Of a DNA stretch of 23,372 nucleotides, positions 8,726 to 16,539 are shown piece after piece. Origin of the DNA: Candidatus Sigynarchaeum calidifontis (GTDB taxonomy: Archaea; Asgardarchaeota; Lokiarchaeia; Sigyniarchaeales; Sigyniarchaeaceae); assembly GCA_030587475.2 (NCBI GenBank), contig JAUQYZ020000029.1, forward strand, positions 1-23,372. The letters are read 5' to 3'. The notes under the pieces were generated by a model. That model was given only the letters and a program-made list of their open reading frames with translations. It was not told where the DNA came from and did not search any database. Position 1 is the first letter of the stretch; every line of letters starts with the position of its first letter. The translations under genes and the position numbers were made by a program.

Positions 8726-9316
8726 TCGTGCGCCCGGTGCGAGTTAAACGGTATCGACCTTTACTGCATGACGTGCGAGGATTTTGCCCCGTACTTCAAC
8801 CACGCGGCAAATCTCGCGTACATCACCCGCGTTCTCGATTTTCTCGAAGTCGAGAACGTGACGATATCGGGTATTCACATCGACCTGGAACCGGACATTT
8901 CAGGCGATTATGAAACTAGAAGCGCGAAGCTCAACGATTATCTGGCTCTCTTGTCGGAGATTAAGGCACTGATCGACTCCCGCCTCGGAATGAACAAGAC
9001 CTTCACGTTTTCAGCAGCAATATGCAATTGTTACCATGATCCGGGAAACATTGCGAACGGGTCCGCCGCGATCATGCATCAATACCTCGACTTTCTCGTG
9101 CCAATGACATATTACTGCAGCAACCCGTTTGAATATCGCAAGCTGATCGATCCCCTCATCTCGCTGGCACCCGTCGTCATTGGCGTAGGATACACGACAT
9201 ACAAGGACTACAATGCACTTTTACGCATGTTAAACGCGACTGCAGTCGCTTATCAAGACAACCCGAATTTTCTGGGATTTAGCATCTTTCACGATGAATT
9301 GATCGAGTCACGCTGA
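8726..9316 (+). pseudogene. 5'-truncated GH18-like/TIM-barrel glycoside hydrolase remnant (ORF 8768..9316)
   Basis: SGIHIDLEP resembles the DGxDxDxE strand-4 motif, DFLVPMTY resembles DxxxxMxY, and GFSIF resembles the last strand. The first strands and the signal peptide are absent, although four sequons (NVT, NKT, NGS, NAT) suggest an extracellular protein. The frame stays open back to the kinase stop. Confidence 0.55.
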
Positions 9317-9370
9317 ATCCGGAAACAAGATAGTTTTTTAGAAGCGGGTGGCGCAATAGATACCTGGTGC

Positions 9371-10510
9371 ATGGTCGGCATGAAGGTTCGGAAGCGAGTA
9401 GTAGCGATCGTCGTGATCTTCATCGTGACCATGATCCCGAACGCGTTCATGCCCGCCTGGCTCGACGAGAACACGCCCCGCCTTCCCGAAACCTTCATCC
9501 CGCACTGGATGATCGCGCCATTGACGGGCCAATATGCGCTCAATGACTCGCGGCTCGCCGATGTGATGGGAACCGACCTGGGAATTGTCGTGAAGTACCA
9601 GGGACGGTACAACTATATCTTCGGCGACACGTTCGGTGGTGACTATCTCCCACACCAGCCGTGTAACCGCTGTAATTGGCGTTCGAACGTGATGGCTTAC
9701 AGCAACGACTCGACGTTTTCGGACGGCATCGTGATCAACGGCTGGGTCACGAACGGGACATCGCCGAATGCCACCGAACTCTTCGGGCCCGTGGAAAAGA
9801 TCGATAAAATCGACTTGACTATGATCCCGACGGCGGCCATGGTCGACGGAAGCCGGTTGTACATCTTCTACATGGACATCAACCACTGGGGGACGGCGGG
9901 CGTCTACTACACGAACTACGCGAGCATCGCCTACAGCGACGATGGCATGCACTTCACGAGAGCGACAAACGTTTCCTGGCCTGGTGATAGCAATTTCAAC
10001 ATGTTCGGCCACGTGCAAGATTTCCGGCCCGCGTCGATCGCGACCGGCTGGGAATACTTCCTGGCGACGCCGGCGGGGCGGTACCACGCTGCCTACTTGC
10101 TCCGCGTCCCCCGGAACAAGGTATTGGATCAATCGGCATATCAATACTTCACTGGCACCGACGACACAGGCAACCCGGCCTGGAGCGCGTCAATGTGCAA
10201 AGCCCGTGCCATCATCGATCGCCCCGTCGGCGAGCTGTCGGTCATGTGGAACGAATACTTGCAGCGGTACGTCGTGATGTACATCGAGCATTACACGGCA
10301 ACAATCATCTTGCGGACAGCCAAATGCCTCTGGGGGCCATGGAGCGATGCGATCGGCGTCGTCCCCTTCTCGGAATATCCCGGGCTCTACGGCTCGTTCA
10401 TGCATCCCGATCTCGTCGAAGATGGGGGCCGCATCGTGTATTTCGTAATGTCATGGTGGCCTTTCTACAACACCTATCTCATGGCCGCGAACCTAACAAG
10501 CCTTATCTAA
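9371..10510 (+). CDS. Secreted/membrane-anchored DUF4185 protein (GH183-like beta-propeller glycosidase)
   Basis: N-terminal KVRKR plus hydrophobic stretch, then GTDLG, FGDTF, WRSN, IPT, GELSVMWNEYL, GPWS, YGSFMHP, MSWW.YN, which are motifs typical of DUF4185. Confidence 0.85.
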   Translation: MVGMKVRKRVVAIVVIFIVTMIPNAFMPAWLDENTPRLPETFIPHWMIAPLTGQYALNDSRLADVMGTDLGIVVKYQGRYNYIFGDTFGGDYLPHQPCNRCNWRSNVMAYSNDSTFSDGIVINGWVTNGTSPNATELFGPVEKIDKIDLTMIPTAAMVDGSRLYIFYMDINHWGTAGVYYTNYASIAYSDDGMHFTRATNVSWPGDSNFNMFGHVQDFRPASIATGWEYFLATPAGRYHAAYLLRVPRNKVLDQSAYQYFTGTDDTGNPAWSASMCKARAIIDRPVGELSVMWNEYLQRYVVMYIEHYTATIILRTAKCLWGPWSDAIGVVPFSEYPGLYGSFMHPDLVEDGGRIVYFVMSWWPFYNTYLMAANLTSLI

Positions 10511-10557
10511 TTCCAAACCGAGAGCTGAATCAATTGAGTATATAGCAGGTAGAATTG

Positions 10558-12084
10558 ATGCAGGAGCAAGGATACAAGCTGAGCCGAAAGGAGAAGCTTG
10601 CCTATGGCGGCGGGCAACTTCCGGGCGCTTTCTTCATGGCTTTTTTCGGGCAGATCCAGATCTTCTATGTTTTCTGGATGCGGCTTTCTTTAGAATACAT
10701 GATCCTCGGCCAGGTCATCTACATGATCTGGAACGTCGTGAACGATCCCATCTTCGGCGTCCTCATGGACAGGACGAGGCGGAAGGACGGGCGATACATC
10801 CCGTGGGTAAAAATCTTCTCACCGATCTACACGATCTCTTTCATCATGCTCTTTCTCGTCCCGTCCGGGTGGCGCTATACTGCAACCGAACAATCGACAC
10901 AATTGTTGCTTTTTCTCTGGTACATGTCCACCTTGCTCCTTTACGACACGGGCTTCACCGTGGTATACCTTGCTTATGCAGCGCTCTTGCCACAAGTCAG
11001 CCACGATTTCAAGGAACGCACCGAGATGGCCATATACGCAACTATTTTTGGCGCTGTTGGCGGCGTGGTTTCGGAGATTTTCCCGCTCATATTCCTGACC
11101 AATCCCACCGCGGAAAAAATCGAGGCATTTCAATGGTGCACGGTGATCTTCGGGGCGGTCTCGATGCTCGCCTGGGTGTTCATGGTCACGTTCGTGAAGG
11201 AGCGCGGCGAGCTCATCCCCGAAAAGAAAGAGTCGTTTTGGCGAAATATCAAGCACGTGTTTAAAAACCCCGCATGCCGCGTGTACATCATCTACGACGG
11301 GTTGACCGTGGGCATCAACACGGCGCTGATGAGTCTCATCACGATCATCTTCGCATGGGCCTTTGGCCTGGACAACCCGTACGCTGCGTCGCCGACCGAT
11401 ATCACCGGATTCATTTTGTATTTCATTCCAGTAGCCATCGGCGTCGTGATCGGGGTCATTTTGCAATTTTACGTGCCGAACCGCTGGGATCTCAAGACGC
11501 TCTTGCTCCTCGATTACGCGCTCATGTTTACCGGCTTTTTCATCGCTTTCCTCGGCGGCTTGCCAGCGCCGGGCGCGCCATATGACACCTACTCGCTACC
11601 GTGGAACGTCTGGGTCGTCTCGGTTGGCGTTGGCATCGGCTTGCCGGGCATCCTGGGTAGTTTAATTTACTTGAACCCCTTGAACGCGGATGTCGTCGAT
11701 TACGACGAGATCTTGACAGGCGCGCGGCGCGAGAGCGTGTATTCGGGCGTGAACTGCATCTTCTCGAAGCCGATGGTCTCCATCGTCGCCATCGTGGTTC
11801 CCGCTATTTTACTTGCCTTCGGTCTTGCCCCGGTTGACCCCTTGAAGCCGCTCGAGGCATTCAATGTCTTACACGGATTTCCAAGCGCGATCACGGGCGT
11901 GGCCGTGGCGAGTTTTCTCTTCCCGGCGATCTTGTCGTTGATCGGGTTCTTTTGCTTTTTGCCATACCCACTCGGCAGGAAAAAACTTGCCGAGATCCGT
12001 GCGATACTCGACGCCAAGCATGCAAAGGAAAAGGCCGCGTTCGACGAGAAATTTGGTTCTTCGGATGCAAGTACCCGCCCTTGA
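10558..12084 (+). CDS. MFS transporter, glycoside-pentoside-hexuronide (MelB/GPH) family
   Basis: EKLAYG, WNVVNDPIFGVLMDRTR..GRYIPW, ERT, ADVVDYDEILTGARRESVYSG, YPL. About 12 TM. Confidence 0.92.
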   Translation: MQEQGYKLSRKEKLAYGGGQLPGAFFMAFFGQIQIFYVFWMRLSLEYMILGQVIYMIWNVVNDPIFGVLMDRTRRKDGRYIPWVKIFSPIYTISFIMLFLVPSGWRYTATEQSTQLLLFLWYMSTLLLYDTGFTVVYLAYAALLPQVSHDFKERTEMAIYATIFGAVGGVVSEIFPLIFLTNPTAEKIEAFQWCTVIFGAVSMLAWVFMVTFVKERGELIPEKKESFWRNIKHVFKNPACRVYIIYDGLTVGINTALMSLITIIFAWAFGLDNPYAASPTDITGFILYFIPVAIGVVIGVILQFYVPNRWDLKTLLLLDYALMFTGFFIAFLGGLPAPGAPYDTYSLPWNVWVVSVGVGIGLPGILGSLIYLNPLNADVVDYDEILTGARRESVYSGVNCIFSKPMVSIVAIVVPAILLAFGLAPVDPLKPLEAFNVLHGFPSAITGVAVASFLFPAILSLIGFFCFLPYPLGRKKLAEIRAILDAKHAKEKAAFDEKFGSSDASTRP

Positions 12085-12088
12085 TCCT

Positions 12089-13150
12089 TCATTCCAGTTC
12101 CTTTTTCACCGAGATATAGGTCATATAGTGCGAGAACCCCGCCGGGCCGTAATATCGATCAAGCAACCCATGGCTAGTCCAGTCGATGAGCACCTTGTTC
12201 ACGCCCTTCCGATGCAAGTTCACGAGCGCATAATGCAGCAGCATTGCCCCGAGACCTCGGTGCCCCCGGATCTCGCTTGCGATGCCGATCGGGCCGAGGC
12301 CACCGAAGTCTGCCGATCCCCGGGATTGCACGAGCGTCGCGGGGCCGAGATCGATCCCGGCCTGGGTGGCGGTCTTCGCGAACCCGAGTACTTGCACCTT
12401 TTCTCCTTGCCGGTGAACGAGTAGCTGGAGCTCGTCACGGGGGACCTGATGCGCGTTCACGTGGCATGCGACCGTCCAGTACCACTTGCCCGGGAAGGCA
12501 GCACGCATGAATTCGAGGAGATCCCTCTCCAAGGCGGGCTCGTACGGGATCACGTCGTACCCGTCCACGCGGTTTGCTGCTATCTTGTCCCGTAGTTTGC
12601 GGTTGCGTTCGAGAATCGCATCGATGCCGCTGATGTCCGCCATGATATCGATGGCCGACTCGAAGCCGTGCCGGTAACCGCACTTGTCGAAGAATTCCAG
12701 GCGATCTTCCAGCGGCTGCGGGACGCCAGGAAGGAAATGGCGCCCTGGTTCCCGGCCGATCGAGATGACCATTACCCCGTTCTTCACGAAGAAGGACTCG
12801 ATGGCTGCCATCAACTGCTTCCCGATGCCCTTCCGCTGGAACCCCGGCCGCACGCAAATCATGCCAATCCCGCCCGTGCCGTCCCGGGTCCATTGGATCG
12901 CGTCATCGTTCGCCATATCGTGGTTCGGGATGCGCCAGCGCTTCCCGATCACGAACCCCGCGAGCTCGCCCCCGGGCGTGAAGGCGCCGATGCAGCCCTC
13001 CGGGTCGAAGTTTGGATCCCCCGTTAAATACCCTGCAAGCCGCTCCGCCGACATCTCGAACGAGCCGGGCAGCGATTCGGTCCACGCGGCGGCGAGGGCA
13101 CCCAACTCCGCTGGGAGGTGCATCGGCCGCATGTCCATCTTCTCTACCAT
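12089..13150 (-). CDS. Tandem GNAT N-acetyltransferase
   Basis: Two acetyl-CoA motif-A segments (VRPGFQRKGIGKQL; GPIGIASEIRGHRGLGAML) plus IDWT...YYGPAGF. TTTAAGAG lies 23 nt upstream on the minus strand. Confidence 0.88.
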   Translation of the reverse strand: MVEKMDMRPMHLPAELGALAAAWTESLPGSFEMSAERLAGYLTGDPNFDPEGCIGAFTPGGELAGFVIGKRWRIPNHDMANDDAIQWTRDGTGGIGMICVRPGFQRKGIGKQLMAAIESFFVKNGVMVISIGREPGRHFLPGVPQPLEDRLEFFDKCGYRHGFESAIDIMADISGIDAILERNRKLRDKIAANRVDGYDVIPYEPALERDLLEFMRAAFPGKWYWTVACHVNAHQVPRDELQLLVHRQGEKVQVLGFAKTATQAGIDLGPATLVQSRGSADFGGLGPIGIASEIRGHRGLGAMLLHYALVNLHRKGVNKVLIDWTSHGLLDRYYGPAGFSHYMTYISVKKELE

Positions 13151-13172
13151 GATCCCTTAATGAGACCGCGTT

Positions 13173-13208
13173 CCTCTTAAACGCGCGGAACCAGATGACT
13201 TTAAGAGG
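13173..13208. promoter_or_regulatory. Inverted repeat CCTCTTAAA-N18-TTTAAGAGG in a divergent promoter
   Basis: Perfect 9-bp arms at 13173-13181 and 13200-13208. Each arm is TATA-like, and the right arm overlaps an SD-like GAGGTTGA. Confidence 0.5.
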
Positions 13209-13218
13209 TTGAACCGAC

Positions 13219-14592
13219 ATGCACATGACCGGCAAGCAGCGGATCCTCGCTACATTCGACCACGAACCCACCGACCACGTGCCATGGGTGCCGTTCGCTG
13301 GCGTCCACGCCGGCAAGCTCAAGGGATACACGGCGACCGAGGTACTCACGGACAAGGACAAGCTCGTCGAGTGCTTGCTCGAGGTAAACAAGGTCTACAC
13401 GCCGGATGGCCAACCTGTGGCGTTCGATCTCCAGATCGAGGCGGAAATCCTCGGCGGCTGCAAGATGCGTTGGGCGGACAAGGCACCGCCCTCGGTGGAA
13501 ACGCATCCGCTTGCATCGAACCCGGACATCCCGTCGACTATCCCCGCAACCTCCGATGGACGGCTGCCTATCTTTCTCCATGCGACCCGCCAGCTCAAGA
13601 TGAAGGCGGGGACGACAACGGCCATCTTCTGCCTCGTCACTGGCCCGCTCACGCTGGCATCCCACCTGCGCGGCACGGCGCTGTTCGTCGATATTATTCG
13701 CCAAAAAGCTTTCACGCGCAAGCTGTTGGACTACGCGAGTGACGTGGCGATCGCGATGGCACGCCATTACATCGATGCTGGTGCAGACGTGATCGCCGTG
13801 GTCGACCCGGTGGTTTCCCAGGTGTCGCCGAAGGCGTTCGATGAGTTGCTCCACGACCCGTTCTCGCGCATCTTCAAGCACATCAAGGAGAACGGTGCCC
13901 GTTCATCATTTTTCGTGTGCGGTGACGCGACCAAGAACATCGAATCCATGTGCAACACGATGCCCGAGTCGATTTTCGTGGACGAAAATATCGATATGGT
14001 AGCGGCGAAAAAAATTACCGACAAGCATGACATCGTGCTCGGGGGGAACATCCCGCTCACGTCGGTCTTGCTTTATGGCACGCAGCAAGACAACATGAAA
14101 TACGTGGTCGATCTCATCGATACCCTCGGGAGTAGGAACCTCGTCATCGCGCCTGGCTGCGATATGCCCTACGATGTTCCACCAGAAAACGTCATCGGGG
14201 TGGCACAAGCAGTCCACGAGCCCGATAGCGTCCGCGAAGTGCTTCGTAATTACCAGGCGGTAAACGTGGAGACCATCGACGTCGCCCTTCCTGATTACGA
14301 GCACCTGCCACGCACGCTCGTCGAGGTGTTCACGATCGATTCCGACCAGTGCGCCGCGTGCGGGTACATGAAGAGCCTCGCTTTCACTGCCAAGGACAAG
14401 TATGGCGATGCCATCGATGTGGTGGAATACAAGTCGATCGAACGTGCCAACATTGCCAGGGCAAAGAAAATGGGCATCAAGCACTTGCCTTGCTTGCTGA
14501 TCGACGGCAAGCTCAAATATTCGTCGATCATCCCCGCCCAAGTCGATTATTTCAAGGAAATAGAGAAATCCTTGAATGTGCGGAAAAAATAA
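13219..14592 (+). CDS. UroD/MtaA-CmuA family methyltransferase-like protein with C-terminal thioredoxin-like domain
   Basis: MTGKQRI...DHVP, EAEILG, GPLTLASHLRG, AGADVIAVVDP, GGNIP, APGCD, then EVFTIDSDQCAACGYM...GIKHLPCLLIDGK (Trx fold, CxxC). The start is ATG 13219 or 13225. Confidence 0.85.
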   Translation: MHMTGKQRILATFDHEPTDHVPWVPFAGVHAGKLKGYTATEVLTDKDKLVECLLEVNKVYTPDGQPVAFDLQIEAEILGGCKMRWADKAPPSVETHPLASNPDIPSTIPATSDGRLPIFLHATRQLKMKAGTTTAIFCLVTGPLTLASHLRGTALFVDIIRQKAFTRKLLDYASDVAIAMARHYIDAGADVIAVVDPVVSQVSPKAFDELLHDPFSRIFKHIKENGARSSFFVCGDATKNIESMCNTMPESIFVDENIDMVAAKKITDKHDIVLGGNIPLTSVLLYGTQQDNMKYVVDLIDTLGSRNLVIAPGCDMPYDVPPENVIGVAQAVHEPDSVREVLRNYQAVNVETIDVALPDYEHLPRTLVEVFTIDSDQCAACGYMKSLAFTAKDKYGDAIDVVEYKSIERANIARAKKMGIKHLPCLLIDGKLKYSSIIPAQVDYFKEIEKSLNVRKK

Positions 14593-14608
14593 AGTACAGC
14601 AACACTAT

Positions 14609-16177
14609 CTATCGCTGCTCGATTTTAAACGAGAACGCGTACTCGCAAGGTATCTTGCAGTTGAAAGCCTCAGGCACTTCGATGACCAACGCGTCCTTTT
14701 CCTCGTGCCACGGGACGGGCTCGGCAATACCGAGCAAGAAGATCTCGCTTCCTTCCTTGGCCACGACGTTTTTGAGCACCACCCTCGGGAATGGCCAGCC
14801 GATGTGGATGGCGTAGACATGCTTGTTGTCCTTCGACCGCGTGTAGTACACGTTGTCTCCCTCCTTGTAGGTCTTGTACGGGCGCGTGGCATAGATGGCC
14901 TCGCCGTTCACCTTGAGCCACCGGCCGATCGTTTCCAGGAGATCGATGGCTTCTTGCGGGAACCGGCCACTTGGCATCGGCCCCTGGTCGAAAACGAGCG
15001 TGCCGCCCTTGGCCACGATGTCGATGAGGTTGTGTAGCAGCGTTTCCTTTGACTTGTACACCTCGTCGGGGACATAAGACCAGTGCGTGCCGATCGGGTC
15101 GCATACTTGCCAGATCCGGTTCCGGACGCGCGGGTCGGCGCTGCCGGCGCCGGTGGGGATCCAGCGCTCGGGGCTCGTGAAGTCGCCGTAGGGACCGAGG
15201 CCGCGGTCGGAGAACATGCAATCGGGCTGGAGCTTTCGCAAGTCCTTGATCATTTTCTTGAACTCGGGCCATGCCAGGCCGAACCAAGTCGTATCGAAAA
15301 AGACCTGGTCGATCGGGCCGTAGTTCGAGAACAGCTCCGTGAGGTGCGTGCGTTCTCGCTCGATCATGGCCTTCCATTCCTCGGGGTTGTCTTTTTCGTT
15401 ATATGCCGGGTCGAAGCAGCGGTTACCCTCATCCCAGCGGAAATTGGGATCTTCCCAGTCCCAGTGCGAGTAATAAAGGCCGAACCCGAGTTCGTGCTTT
15501 CGGAAAGCTTGGCTCAGCTCCTTGATGATGTCGCGCTTGAACGGCGTGTCCATGACGCTATAATTGATGTAGACCTCCTTCTCCTCTTGCGGGTAAACGG
15601 CCCATTGAGCTTTGGATCCGATGCGCTTGGGCACCCGCACCTTGGCTTTCGTGTCCCATAAAGCAAAGCCTTCACAATGTTTCGCCGTCACCTGGATGAA
15701 TTGGAACCCGGCCCGCTTCACGAGTTGCGCCCATTCCTCGGCATCGAACAGGACTGGATTCCATACTTGCCAGAGCGTGTAATACACGTCGAAAAACCAT
15801 GACGGCGCCTCCCTGGCATACGCCGACCACGATTCGGTTACACCGAGCCAGGTATACAAGCCAAAATGCACCATTAGGCCGACCTTCATGTCGAGAAATT
15901 TCTCGCGGCCCGCATCACTGCAGAACTGGTAATCCTTGTCCATAGTCTCCGGTGTCTCGATCTCCGTGTCCCACCCGGCGACGATTTTTTTCCAGATCGG
16001 TTCTCCCGTGTTTCTCTTGTAAATGTTCAGCTCCACGCCGGTGTTCTCGAAATCTTCCAGCAATTCGTCCAGGGGAACGTCCATCTCGGGCGACGTCGGC
16101 AAGTACTTCATGCGGAGACAAGCCTGCCCGTTCTTCCGAATGAGTTTCCCCTTGTAAGTGATTGACCTAGGCTCCAT
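14609..16177 (-). CDS. Alpha-L-fucosidase (GH29) with N-terminal extension and C-terminal beta-sandwich
   Basis: KVGLMVHFG, FDAEEW, KHCEGFALWDT, RDIIKEL, YYSHWDW, FFD nucleophile region, KGG, WLKVNGEAIYATRP. TTTTTTATC lies 21 nt upstream. Confidence 0.95.
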   Translation of the reverse strand: MEPRSITYKGKLIRKNGQACLRMKYLPTSPEMDVPLDELLEDFENTGVELNIYKRNTGEPIWKKIVAGWDTEIETPETMDKDYQFCSDAGREKFLDMKVGLMVHFGLYTWLGVTESWSAYAREAPSWFFDVYYTLWQVWNPVLFDAEEWAQLVKRAGFQFIQVTAKHCEGFALWDTKAKVRVPKRIGSKAQWAVYPQEEKEVYINYSVMDTPFKRDIIKELSQAFRKHELGFGLYYSHWDWEDPNFRWDEGNRCFDPAYNEKDNPEEWKAMIERERTHLTELFSNYGPIDQVFFDTTWFGLAWPEFKKMIKDLRKLQPDCMFSDRGLGPYGDFTSPERWIPTGAGSADPRVRNRIWQVCDPIGTHWSYVPDEVYKSKETLLHNLIDIVAKGGTLVFDQGPMPSGRFPQEAIDLLETIGRWLKVNGEAIYATRPYKTYKEGDNVYYTRSKDNKHVYAIHIGWPFPRVVLKNVVAKEGSEIFLLGIAEPVPWHEEKDALVIEVPEAFNCKIPCEYAFSFKIEQR

Positions 16178-16220
16178 GCTTGCAATTTCTCCGCCGAGGA
16201 TAAAAAAGGTCGCATCTCCT

Positions 16221-16244
16221 CATGAAAAGAATCATTCGTTCATG
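16221..16244. promoter_or_regulatory. Imperfect palindrome CATGAA-aa-GAAT-c-ATTC-g-TTCATG, candidate operator
   Basis: Located just upstream of the fucosidase TATA box (16199-16207). Confidence 0.3.
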
Positions 16245-16539
16245 ACAACGTCACGCCAATGAAATGCTTCGAGTTTGACATGATTGTCGATCGATACAAC
16301 CATGCCTTCGGCAAGGAATCCCGCGGGATGGCCTTGATGGCGGCGATACTACGTCGCCACCCCACCTGCTGATGACGATGATGTGGGCTATTCGATAGGT
16401 TTGCGCGTGGATATCGAGCGTGGAGATCATAACAAATGGCTCAGCGACGCAAGAGAGTTCATGGAAGGGCATTGACTTGTAACCAGAAAAGGCGATGGTT
16501 CCTTTATCAGCTATCGAGACGACGTGATGATCGAGGCAA

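Noticed and set aside
13219-14592. True uroporphyrinogen decarboxylase HemE
   Set aside because: It lacks the RQAGR motif and has MtaA-like Cys motifs instead.
16251-16472. 73-aa ORF in the intergenic gap, considered as a controller or REase remnant
   Set aside because: No HTH or PD-(D/E)xK pattern and atypical composition.
16365-16530. C/D-box sRNA (CTGATGA, GTGATGA words)
   Set aside because: No properly ordered C...D box pair about 50-60 nt apart could be identified.
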